Assembly (NCBI GenBank): GCA_021613535.1
Contig: CP075493.1
Coordinates: 8,618,001 to 8,682,000, forward strand
DNA: 64,000 nt
Source of the DNA: Adineta vaga
Taxonomy: Eukaryota > Animalia > Rotifera
Reading direction: 5' to 3'
In this document: piece by piece, positions 1-11,766 of the stretch
How the letters are laid out: every line of letters begins with the position of its first letter
Position numbering within the stretch: position 1 is the first letter of the stretch
Notes under the pieces: model-generated
The model's database searches: none
What the model was told of the DNA's origin: nothing
What the model saw: only the letters and a program-made list of their open reading frames with translations
Position numbers and translations under genes: made by a program

Positions 1-450
1 GTAACGATTTGTTATCCAGTATTTAATGGTAATAATTCGTTCAATAGCCAGGAATACTTTCAACCAATTAGTTACATTTTTTGTATAACGATAGAATACA
101 ATGTATATGGTTGAAGTTATGGTGTTCACTGGAATGATATCTGCTTGGAAAAGATAATACACAGCAACAGAAAATAAACGAACAATATCAAATATAGCAA
201 TAAAAGTAAGAAATAATCCATAGGGAAAACGACAGAATGATGAACGATAAATAACCAAAAGAAGTGTCGCATTTCCAAGAGTACCAAATAAAATACAAAG
301 TATACTGATGCTTTGACCAAGATGAAAACCGATAAGAATTGCTGGAGTTGGTTTCAAAATTATATCGGAGGAATAATTTGTGTCAATCATTGTTTGATTC
401 ACACTATAGATAGTTGTTGATACATTGACAATACTATTATTATAAGCCAT
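1..450 (-). CDS. Rhodopsin-like (class A) GPCR, N-terminus to TM3; runs off the window
   Basis: Not in the ORF track. Reads MAYNNSIVNVST...ILFGTLGNATLLLVI (TM1 GN)...IAIFDIV (TM2 D)...WLKVFLAIERIITI (DRY-like). Several N-terminal NxS/T sites. Confidence 0.85.
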   Translation of the reverse strand, partial: MAYNNSIVNVSTTIYSVNQTMIDTNYSSDIILKPTPAILIGFHLGQSISILCILFGTLGNATLLLVIYRSSFCRFPYGLFLTFIAIFDIVRLFSVAVYYLFQADIIPVNTITSTIYIVFYRYTKNVTNWLKVFLAIERIITIKYWITNRY

Positions 451-1720
451 TAAATGCAAGATGTACGCGATAGATAGCTACAAATTTTAGAATGAAAAAA
501 TGTATCTCATTTCTTTATTAATGATAGTTCTTTTTCTCTTCTCACATTAAACTGTGTCACGTTTCTCTCATCTTTAAATTACGATAAAAGAAGGTTTTTT
601 AATAATTATATTATTATTTCATGATTAAGTTGAAAAGCGTTAGTTTATTATTACACTGTAGAAGAAGAAGAAGAAGAAGAAAAACACCGCATAACATTAG
701 TATTAGGTCATTCTGTGAAAATTTATTCTTTTTTCGGTGAACGACATTGCAGATAATTAAATGCGATTATATATTTATTCTATAGATGAAAGATTCTTAA
801 AAATTGTGTTTTCTGGCAGTTATAGAGGCCTCTATGTTGATATCAACGTTCAGTTATACATATATATATATATATTACACATTCGAACTTTCTGCTCTCT
901 ATTTCTTTTTCTCCTCTATGTTTTCTCTCTCGTTCATTGTTTTTCCTTATTCTCATTTATCATCACTTATTGTAACATGTCTTTGATTTTATTTTCAAAA
1001 AAACTTTTTCCGGAACATGACTTCATATTGGGGTAAAACTCATTATATACGAGAATCTCACAGTGTTGTACAACTTTTAGGATACTGAATAAACTCTTAA
1101 TGTGAAAGTAAAAAATATGAAAGTATATTGCAGTTTTCTTTATATATTCTAACCTCAGGGAAAATAAATACAGTTTGTGTTGATTCCTTTTTATTTTTAC
1201 TCCTAAATAACAATGAGATTTTTCAAGCTTAAAAATATATAAATAAATTTTTTGATGAAAAAAAGCAACGTTTTTTTTAATTATCTTTTCATTAAGATAT
1301 AACAGCATCTAGATGAATTCCGTCAGCTACAGACACATCATCAAACGCCCTTCATATTATCTTCAAGAAGAATTTTAAAACTTCATCATCCTTGAAAAGA
1401 AATGCAAGGTGAGAATAGATCAAAAAGTTCATAATTTGATATTTTAGTAAATCTTCCTTCTATCATTAGTATTTCCTGCAAGAGGAATACTTTTGTGAAA
1501 TTAACATCTGTAAATCCTACTTAATGATGTGCAGTTAGTAGGATGTTTTCATCATTCCGATACACATTGTATACACAATCGCTAGGGCTCAGATAAAATT
1601 TTCAAAGACTTCTTGAGGGCACTTCAAATGGAAGGAATTGAATGCTGTCATTGAAATTTTGCAGACATCAAATTTTCGATATGATTCATATACAGATGAA
1701 AGATTTGTTTGATTATAAAT

Positions 1721-1839
1721 GCTTACGGCCATACCACGTTGAATACACCAGTTCTCGTCCGATCACTGAAGTTAAGCAACGTCGGGCTCGGTTAGTACTT
1801 GGATGGGTGACCGCCTGGGAATACCGAGTGTCGTAAGCT
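1721..1839 (+). rRNA. 5S rRNA: 5S rRNA gene, single copy
   Basis: GCTTACGGCCATACCACG...GATCACTGAAGTTAAGC...TTAGTACTTGGATGGGTGACCGCCTGGGAATACCGAGTGTCGTAAGCT. 5'/3' ends pair, boxes A and C are intact, and a T-run follows. Confidence 0.98.
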
Positions 1840-1845
1840 TTTTTT
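1839..1845 (+). terminator. Pol III terminator (oligo-dT) of the 5S gene
   Basis: T-run directly after the 5S 3' end. Confidence 0.85.
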
Positions 1846-1884
1846 AACTTCGAAAACACAAAACAAACTACAAAGATATTTATT

Positions 1885-2723
1885 TTAATTATTCTCATCA
1901 AGTTTTAAGTCAGTAGAAAAATTTTCTGTTGATAATTGTCTAACTACATTCAACTTAATCAAATTTTGTCGTTCAGTATTTGCATCATACTCTTGTTTTT
2001 CTCGTTTCCAACATTCATAATAAAGATAAGCGTCAAATAGATAAATAAGATCACCGAAGATTTCTATTATAACTACACCATTTGGATAGATAACATTTGA
2101 ATGAATATAAAGACGATAGGCCAATGATGTTGCACATAAATATATGAAACCGGCAATTATGTTCAATAGATGAGCCCACATACATACATCCTAAATAGAA
2201 AATAGAAGAAAAGTTATTCTAATATGTTCTATGTTTTCCTTTCTCATACCTGAGAAACGCAGCCACGTTTAGAGTCTAATGATTGTTGTCTTCGAAGTGA
2301 AATACGCCATCCGAGAAATGTAAAAATTGATTCTGTAAGAAGCGCTAATATTCCGAAGAAATTCAATAATAAAACTGTTTTTATATATTTAATTTGATGA
2401 AAAGCTAATGATGCAGCAATTAAGTAGAGAAAACTTCCAAGATTTTGAAAAATACATGCTACTAATTCAGCACGATAATGTATAGGTTCATTTTCGTCTT
2501 CACGTAACTTCACAGCATACATATACCAATCCATAGTATATAGAATGGCATCAATAACGAATAAAATAGCAAGAAAAACATAAATACAACGAGACAGATC
2601 ATCGTCAAATGTAATAAATAAATATTTCACTGTATCTACTACTAAATATCCAAACATTCCAAGAATGTATATAACAGTAGCCCAATAGTTCCAGTACAGA
2701 GGTGACACAACTGTTGAAGGCAT
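1885..2723 (-). CDS. Multi-pass membrane protein of unknown function (2 exons, ~260 aa)
   Basis: ORFs 2244-2723 and 1885-2181 join through GT-AG intron 2191-2249 (CVSQ|DVCMWAH). About 6 hydrophobic helices with repeated aromatic/Gly patterns. Confidence 0.8.
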
Positions 2724-3085
2724 CAGATTTCGATTTTCTTGTTCAAAATCACTTTAAAAGGATAAATCTAAGAAATTAATTCATCTAATACAAAGCACAT
2801 TACCTGATCTGCTGAAACTACAAATGATTCTCTCAATCTGACAAGTCCGTTTCTTTCTTTCTTTCTTTCTTTGGCATCGATATTGATCGACAACAGCTTG
2901 ATATTCATTTTACAGATCATTAGATACTTGAATACTGTTAAAATATATCGATGGATGCATCGAAAAAATAAAATATTTACTTCAAAAGAAAATAGGAGAA
3001 AAACAATCCTCAAAAAGAAGAAGAAGAAGAAGAAAAGTATCGATCATCCGTGATCTTGTCTCATACAAAGGCACACATGCTGTTT

Positions 3086-4820
3086 TCACATTAATGTTTT
3101 CGATGTGGAGCAAGAGAAAGCTTGTAAACCGGTTATAGCTCGACCGAGTATCAATGCATGAATATCATGTGTACCTTCATACGTATTAACTGCTTCTAAA
3201 TTCATCACATGTCGAATAATATGATATTCATCCGAGATTCCATTTCCACCAAGAACGTCACGACATTGTCGAGCGATTTCAAGTGCTTTGCCACAAGAAT
3301 TACGTTTTATTAATGAAATCATTTCAGGTACTGCTCTAGAATAAAATATTCAAAATATCGTTAAAATTTGAATATATTTTTCAAATATAAATACCGATTT
3401 TCATCTTTCAAACGACCAACACGTAAACATGCTTGAAGACCAAGTGAAATTTCAGTTAAAGCATCAGCAAATTTTTTCTGAATCAATTGAGTTTGTGCTA
3501 ATGGACGACCAAATTGTTTTCTATTTAAAAAAAATACATTTTTATTTGAAAATCTATCATTCATGATCTTTTCTTACCGTTCGATTGTATATTGTCGAGC
3601 AGCCTGAAGACAAAATTCTGCAGCACCTAATGCACCCCAGCCAATTCCATATCGTGCATTATTTAAACAACCGAATGGACCCTATAAATATAAATGTTCA
3701 GTGAGAAGAATTCTTTCGAATTGAAGTCATACTTTTAAACCTTGAACTTTGGGTAATAAATTTGCTTTTGGTACATGAACATCATCCATCGCAATTTGAC
3801 CAGTAATAGAAGCACGTAATGAAAATTTTCCTTCGATTTTTGGTGTCGTAAAACCTTTCATCGATCTTTCTAAAATAAATCCACGAATTTGTTTATCATC
3901 ACATTTGGCCCATACTACAGCAATGTCAGCGATCGGAGAATTTGTAATCCTAATAATGACATATCAACTTAGTCAAAAATATCCCATGAAATAATATAAA
4001 ACAAACCAAGATTTTGTGCCATTCAATATGTACACTTGTTGTTTCTCATCCCAACGTGCTTGTGTTTGCATTGAACCAGGATCTGATCCATGATTTGGTT
4101 CGGTTAATCCAAAACAACCAATTAATTCACCCGTAGCTAGTTTAGGTAAATATTTCTCTTTCTGTTCGTCTGTTCCATATTCATTTATTGGAAACATTAC
4201 TAATGATGATTGAACACTAAATGCTGAACGATAACCACTATCCACACTATAAATACAACACATAGATTAATTTTACATTCAAAATATCCGATTTTCTTAC
4301 CGTTCAATTTCTCGAGCTAACAAACCATATCCAACATAAGAAATACCAGCACAACCATAACCTAAATTTTAATATTAGAAAAAAGAATCTTCTAAGCAAA
4401 AACAGAAAGTAGTTACCATGAATAGTAGGACCAAGAACACCGATTTCACCTAATTCGCGCATAATTTCCGGATGAAAAACTACAATATTCAGTTTTATGG
4501 CCGATCAACGAGGAGAAAACGTAACGTACTTTCTTTTCGATTTGCTTCTATGATTCTTGGCATCAATTTTTCTTGGCAATAACCACGAAATTGATCACGT
4601 ACCATTCGTTCATCATCGGTCAATTGAGATTCAAGATCAAATGCGTCTTCATAATTGAATCGAGCTTCTATAATAAAAAATAACAATAACATATTGAAAT
4701 CTTATCATTCAAACTCTCATCGCTCGTACTTGTCGATGAATTTTGAAATTGAATAGCAAATGATGGTTTTAAACAATGACGAAAAATTGCAATTGCTCGA
4801 TTGTTAATATTATTCAACAT
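3086..4820 (-). CDS. GCDH: Glutaryl-CoA dehydrogenase, mitochondrial (multi-exon)
   Basis: [86 protein letters not shown]. Basic N-terminal transit peptide. Confidence 0.96.
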
Positions 4821-4944
4821 TGTAATCTGAAAAAATATCGTCGAACTAACAATAGAATTTTCGGAACAAACATTATCGAGTGATCATAGTAATATTTATA
4901 TACATATCAAGACAGATCACAGATAAGAAAAAGAAAGAAATTAT

Positions 4945-5476
4945 CTAATGAGGTTTGGACATGACACATAAAGCTACTCCACTTGCCACACATAGCATAC
5001 CAATTAGAAATCCTAAAATGAAAATGAATAAATGTAGATTATTTACGAGATAAATTATAATTTTACGAGAATTTAATAATTGTGGACGTGAAATTACATC
5101 ACATATATAAGTAATGAGCAATGTTAAAGCATTTGTAACAGGTACAGCAGTTGAAAAATCTAAAGAAAAGTTATACAAAAAACTAGGGCAATGTTAATTA
5201 AATCATTATACCAGTTTTGGAAAGACTGTAGTAGTAAAGTATGGAACCACATTGATTGAGTAGAAATGGAATCCAATACTAGACGAAATAAAAATCATTT
5301 TGATTGATAAAAATCTATTCAATTACTTGTGCATTTGTAAAAAAGTACCAAATTTCAGCACCAAATTGTTTTAATCGATTATCATAATGAATTTTTTGTA
5401 GACCTGTTGAACCTTGTTTTAAAAACCAATTCGTTATACCCCAAATGAAAGCAGTTAAGATGCAAAAAATAAACAT
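4945..5476 (-). CDS. TMEM234: TMEM234-family small membrane protein (4 exons)
   Basis: AFIWGITNWFLKQGS, YWIPFLLNQCGSILYY, STAVPVTNALT, GMLCVASGVALCV. Confidence 0.9.
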
Positions 5477-6888
5477 GGGATTTGGTAAGAATATCAAATC
5501 AATTCTTGTAGTATGCAAGGCTTCATTATATAATAAGCATAGGAACACATGTACACACCCACTTTGCTGACTCATGTTAAGGCGACATCTAGTTAAGAAA
5601 TCTTTTGTTAAATGAGAAAATTCTATCATTTGATTTCGATTATTATGAATTAGAAATAAAATTTCATTTTTAAATATACATATATGGAAAGAGGTAATGT
5701 AAAAATGAATATCCCAATGAAAACTATATGACGAATCATTTTTGAAAGTAGAAGAACGGAACGGAGACGGAGCGTTTACTTTACTTTACATTATCTGTCC
5801 ATATTCAATTCATACAAACGAATACTGTCTAAATTTATGAATATTTATAAACTTGAAACAAATATGTCCACCTTTTCAAGATTCTTCTCTTTACACAAAT
5901 TGAGAGATGATTTTTTTAAATATATAAAATATTCAATCATTACTTTTTTTCTGAGCAGATGCAAATCTATCATATCAATCAATTTCTAGTCAAGTCTGTT
6001 TGACAACAAAAATGCTTTCTAGTAATCATATGATTTGATTTTTCAATTATTCGACAAAACTCTTTTGCGATGAAAAGAAAAGCTTATTTTTCATCTGTTT
6101 CATGACTCATAAATACAGCATTTGACATATTGTTGAAAACAAAAGAACAACAGAATTGATATATCAATAATGAAAATAGAATTTTTTATATAATTCTGCA
6201 TTATATCTGTCAACTAAACCATATTCGCCTATCAATCATAGGAAACTTGTGTTATTACCACCCTCTTTTGTAATTTTTCTCTTTTACAGGTTGCCATGGT
6301 AAAAGTTGTTTATCAATTATTTAGATCAGACACCTCTTCATCTACAAGATTTCACTCCAAAAAAAAAAAGAAAGAACTGTTGATACGCAAAGTTTTACTC
6401 GAACTGTTAGTGTTCCGTTGACGAAAAATGAGACATAAAATATGATCGAATAAAAAGAAACGAAAAAAAACAACAAAATGTGACCTTGTGTACACATAAC
6501 CAGTACTGCGATCGAAAAAGCATATTCAACATTCTCTTTTCTATTCAATATAAAAAAAAAACATCGAGTAGAAAATTTTCGATTATGATAAATATGCTAT
6601 CTTGATGTTAATTAGACGAAATATTTCAAATCTTAATAAACAGTAAGTTCATTTCTTTATTTTAGATAAACATTGTTGTTTATGATTTTTTTTTCTATCT
6701 TGATTATGTAGAACTTATTTTTATCACAAAAAATACCTGACACAGATGAATCCATATCGATCAAACTTAGGACATTTTTCAAATCAATTGTTATCTTGAT
6801 ACATGTACTGATTTTTCTTCCGTACAAATATGTGGTAGATAGTTTGTCATTACTATGAAAAATAAATAGTTTTGTTAATTTTTGTAGA

Positions 6889-8182
6889 GAAAAATAACAG
6901 CTCGATTAGTAGTGATATTAAAGAATTGTAGTCAATGGAAATTCTCAAGTAATAAAGGTAGGAAAGATAGTTTATCTATTACAAAAGTTCAATTTTTTTC
7001 CATGTAGATTATTATAGTTGTGAATATGGTTCTGTGAAATATTATATCTATTGTGGTTTTAGTGGTCTATTAAGTTGTGCTATAACACATACAGCTGTTG
7101 TGCCATTAGTATGAAAATGAATTGATTTTTTTTTCTCTCGAAATAGGTTATTCTTTTTAGGATTTGATTAAATGTCGTTTACAAGTAAAACCTCAAAAAT
7201 ATGAAAATCTCATTCATGCATTTCAAGTCACAATAGCGTATGTTGAAAATGAAAAAACAAATCATATGTAATTCTATGCAGATTGATTACTATTTCTAGT
7301 GAAGAAGGTGTCTTTAGTTTAACTAAAGGTTGGGCACCAACATTAATTGGTTATTCATTACAAGGTTTTGGAAAATTTGGTTTCTATGAAATCTTAAAGA
7401 TTTTCTATAGTGTAATACTTGGTGAACAAAATGCATATCTCTATCGAACACTAGTTTATCTATTAGCAAGTGCATCAGCAGAATTTCTTGCTGATGTGGC
7501 ATTAGCACCATGGGAAGCTGTAAAAATACGTATTCAAACTCAGGATAACTGGGCATCTACATTACAACAAGGTTTACCAAAATTCTATGGTATTTGAATT
7601 ATTCATTGTTACTTTTATATTCAAATTCAAATATTTTCTTTCGTATTTTTCTTTTTTTTGTAGCTGAAGAAGGTCTAAGAGGGTATGTAAAATTCGAGAT
7701 GAATTATGAATATTTATCTATGATTTGATTTGTTAGTTTTTACAAAGGTCTTGTACCATTATGGCTTCGTCAGATTCCTTATACAATGATGAAATTCGCA
7801 TGTTTTGAACGAACAAAAGAAGCACTTTATAAATATTTTCTACGGAAACGTCGTGAACAACGTACAAAAAAGGAAGAACTTGGAATAACATTTCTAGCAG
7901 GATATATTGCTGGTATATTTTGTGCTATTGTTAGTCATCCAGCTGATACAATTGTATCAAAATTAAATAATGAAAAAGGTCTGCATTTATTCGATGCCAT
8001 ACGACGTGTTGGATTTGCAGGTAAAGATTGAAATTTGAATAACAAGAAAAGAAACGAATCATTCTTCTTTAGGATTATGGAAAGGTCTCGGTCCGAGAAT
8101 TTTTATCGTTGGTACATTAAGTGCTGTTCAATTATTCTGCTATGATACTGTAAAAGTGATTCTTGGTGTACCACGAATGTGA
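6889..8182 (+). CDS. SLC25A3: Mitochondrial phosphate carrier (SLC25A3-like); 5' exons uncertain
   Basis: YSCEYGS, THTAVVPLDLIKCRLQV, KGWAPTLIGYSLQG, ASASAEFLAD, RQIPYTMMKFACFE, AGIFCAIVSHPADT, LWKGLGPRI. Three Px[DE]xxK carrier motifs. Start codon not resolved. Confidence 0.9.
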
Positions 8183-8527
8183 TCAATCCTATGAATAAGA
8201 AATCTGAGTTATATATGTACAATTTGTAATAGTATTATAATTGTTTCTCTAATGTGATGGATAATTTATTGAATAAATATAATCAAGAAAACACCGCTGT
8301 CTCTTTCTCTCTTCTATATTCATCTCGGTGTCATTTCATTGACGTTATGCTGAAATTTTCCATTGGATATTATTGAAAAAAAAACAGGTTGATTTTGAAC
8401 ATTATTCTCGATTATGATATTTATTTTATTTTACGTAAAACATGCACATAGAGAATAAATTTCAACGTGTTCTAGTTTTTTTTTGTAAATGAAGAAAGAA
8501 ATGCCTTATTATTTCAGATGGTTTTAA

Positions 8528-8950
8528 TCACATTAAATCTATTTTTTCCACTTTTATATCAACCATATCACCATAACCTTTTGTCAATACAGGAACATTT
8601 GAACTGGTTATAAATCGTATTTTTCCATCGGCAACAATTCGTACACGTACAGAATAATTGGATGATTTTTCAACATCTTTCTCATCATATTCAAGCGTGA
8701 ATGTGATTGGAAATGTTCGAATTTGATTTTCTAAAATTAATTTTGATATTGTATGAAATTTACGTACATATGGGCCATCTTGAGAAGCGATATCTGCAAT
8801 AGAACAAGACACGCCTATGAATAGAATTCATCGATATGAATTCTTACCTGATAATGTCATATCATCGAGATAAATAAGGATTTTATGATTATCATTAAGA
8901 ATTTCACTATGTTTTTCATAGTCAATCGTACCTTCAATACGTCTGACCAT
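8528..8950 (-). CDS. YbaY/YscW-like protein (bacterial lipoprotein family), 2 exons, no signal peptide
   Basis: MVRRIEGTIDY...|GVSCSIADIASQDGP...FPITFTLEYD...YSVRVRIVADGKIRFIT...PVLTKG..VDIKVE fits the YbaY pattern (D.S..DAP; P..F.L.YD; Y.V.ARI; FIT; PVLT.G). Intron 8815-8847. Confidence 0.75.
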
Positions 8951-10596
8951 TGTAAGCGCTGAAGATGATCGTTGAAATCTGAAATTAATAAAAATGCGAT
9001 TGAGTAAGATTTCGAAGGATAGATCGTATGTTCATTAGTATGTGTGTTACTTAGAGGAGGAGTTTTGAAAAGGAAACGGAAACTAATGTATATAGAAAGT
9101 GATTGTTTGTCTTTTTCTTTTTTACTCTACTGCGATAATCATCGATTACGGGGGAAAATGATGAATCTATCGTTTTTCTTTCTTTTTCATACAGAGAAAT
9201 TATAATGTCTAACATCGTCTACTCTCTTCTTTTATTTTATGACAAAAAAGAAAAAAAGATTCAAAAAGGAAAATCTATTTTTTTAACTAATCAAATGTTG
9301 AAAGTAATTGAGAAAAAAAACTCTTTTTTTTCTTCTTTTATTTAATTGATTCACGTCACTTTGAAGAATCTCTTATCATTATCTTTCGATCTGTCACTTC
9401 AGAAAGAAATCAATGAGCATAAAGTATGACAAGAGATATGCCAGTGGAAGATATTCTCATAATGAACTCATCAAGAAAATTCTGGAAATTACGCACTCAT
9501 ATTAACTTTAATTTTTTTCATCTATTTATACGATTCATATGTATGAAAATTTGATGATGTATTAAGAAGTTAAATAGATAAATTTGAAATGAATGAATCA
9601 TTGTGTATATTATCAACTTTCGATCGGGCTAGCTCATGACAACTCTAGTTAAGTTCTAATTAGAATCAGTCGAATATTTTTGCTTGTGAAAATTTCTATA
9701 TTTTTCGAAAAATCATTTGTTTTTTTATTGTCATGTATAAGAAAAATTTAATTGCATGCGAAAGTCATTTTTTCAACTTTCAATTTATTCGATTTATAAG
9801 ATACATTTATATTATGAATAGCCATAGTCAAAGAATCAAATGCATTGTCGACCTTGACTACATGATGAATCATCATTCAATTGTTCTTCTGTTTTGATCA
9901 AGTGAATCAGTGATTTTTATCTGTATTCGATATACATCGTGTTTGATTAAAAACGGATATTTTTTCTAGTTATCTCCATAAAAGATACCTACGTATCAAT
10001 GTTTATCTTTGTATAATTAAGAAAAAAGTTATTATCAAGCTCAAATCAATCCACCTCATTATTCATTAGCATTGAAAGAGCATATAGTAAGTACAGTATA
10101 GTTTCTTCAGATTGAATAAAAATAAGTTTTTTTTTTAGTTTTACAAAATAAACATAATAAACACTCGATGTCCGAACCTTAAGGGCATCCAACAAAAATA
10201 TGAGAACGACGAAAAACATATTTTGACAAAAACGAACTAGAATAGAATAGCGTAGATTTCTATCTTACAATGCAATGAGTTACCTCGTTATATAAAAGTA
10301 AATAATGACATCGTGTATAGAATCTCACACTTATCTTTGTTGATTTTGATATGAAATATAAATTATATTCATGAGTGTATGGGGATTCGCTTGCAAAAAA
10401 TAAGAGTGTGTGCAGTGACATACCTCGAAGTATAGCTTGTTATTTTGCCTATAAACATAGAAGTGTAGTTTTGTTTTTCGTATTGTTGTTAAGAATATAT
10501 ATCTTGACATTTACTATAACTGTTCAGTAGTATTATGTGTGATCATAATCTATTTTGAATAAGAAATGATATCTTCTAGACTTAATATATAGAATT

Positions 10597-11282
10597 ATGG
10601 AAGAACATGGGATGTTTATAGAAACAAATGTCGTAGAAAACGAACGAAGTGAACATGAAAACTATCTCCGTGCGGCTATTCAAGTAATAACAGAAGAGAA
10701 ATCTTGTTTTTTTCATTGATTGAATATATACATATTGTTTTTTAGTTAGCAGAAGATAATGTTGAACATAAACTTGGTGGTCCATTTGGTGGTAAGTATT
10801 TTGTTTCGAATTCGTATTTATTTCAAATATCATTTATTTGTTTTTAGCGGTTGTCTGTAAAGATGGAAAAATTATTGCTAAAGGTGCGAATCAAGTTGTT
10901 CCAAATAATGATCCAACAGCACATGCTGAAATGGTAGCAATTCGACTTGCTTGTCAAGAATTAAAGACACATAATTTAGAAGGCTGTGTTATTTACTCTT
11001 CATGTGAACCATGTGATGTGTTTAGGTGCTATTTATTGGGCACATCTTGATCATATTTATTTTGCACATTCAAAAGCAGATGCAAAAGAGAGTAAGAGAA
11101 TATTTTAAATAGAAAATAAATAAACTATTCGAATTTTTCTAGTTGGATTTGATGATCATTTTATTTATGAAGAATTAGCGCGTGAATTACATGAACGACG
11201 TGTTGGTGTTACTCAACTACTTAAAGATGAATCAAAAGCTTTTTCAATGTGGAAAGATTGTCAAGCTAAAGTTCATTATTAG
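10597..11282 (+). pseudogene. guaD: Guanine deaminase of the cytidine-deaminase-fold (Bacillus GuaD) type; 4 exons; frameshifted in this sequence
   Basis: YLRAAIQ|LAEDNV..GGPFG|AVVCKDG...NDPTAHAEMVAIRLAC...SSCEPC, then 2 nt missing at ~11015, then MCLGAIYWAHL...|IGFDDHFIYEE...W...KVHY*. Introns 10684-10745, 10792-10847, 11092-11142. Confidence 0.9.
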
Positions 11283-11367
11283 TTTGTAGTAATTTATCAT
11301 TTTTTTTTATTAATAAACGTAGAGCACAGAAAGAAAGATGTCTTTATTCAGAAAAGTTTTTTTTTCT

Positions 11368-11697
11368 CTATGATCCACGATAAGTACTATAACCAAATTT
11401 GTTTAATAAAAGTGGTACATGATAATGAGCAGTATCTTTCGTACAGAATTCAATTGTGACCGAAGGGAAGAAACCATCTGGCATATATGTTGAAACATCG
11501 AAGATAATTCGCCATCGGCCAGCTTGCCATTTATCTGCGGGAACTAAATCAAAAGCACGACCATCATTATTCGTATTTGTTGTTGTCGGCATTGATATCC
11601 ATTCTCCATCTATAAGATTTTCGACACGTACTGGTACATTAGCAGCTGGTCGACCGCAGGATAAATCCAAAATATGAGTTGTTAAAGTTTTAGTCAT
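11368..11697 (-). CDS. uraH: 5-hydroxyisourate hydrolase (transthyretin-like), intronless
   Basis: LTTHILD..GRPA, TNNDGR, FFP, HYHVPLLL..FGYSTYRGS C-terminal signature. Confidence 0.97.
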   Translation of the reverse strand: MTKTLTTHILDLSCGRPAANVPVRVENLIDGEWISMPTTTNTNNDGRAFDLVPADKWQAGRWRIIFDVSTYMPDGFFPSVTIEFCTKDTAHYHVPLLLNKFGYSTYRGS

Positions 11698-11766
11698 CTA
11701 GAAGTTTATTAAATAAAAAAAATTTCAAATGTTCTCGAAAACAAAAAAAAACATGTTTTTATCGTT

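Noticed and set aside
126-320. 64-aa hydrophobic ORF
   Set aside because: Wrong frame of the GPCR gene at 1-450.
1514-1544. 8-bp inverted repeat ATCCTACT/AGTAGGAT upstream of 5S
   Set aside because: Expected by chance at this length; no other ncRNA or MITE hallmarks.
900-1720. SL RNA gene linked to 5S, as in nematodes
   Set aside because: No match by eye to the rotifer spliced leader as I recall it (GGCTTATTACAAC...) on either strand.
1642-1901. Track ORFs 1642-1836 (+) and 1713-1901 (-)
   Set aside because: Spurious translations of the 5S rRNA gene.
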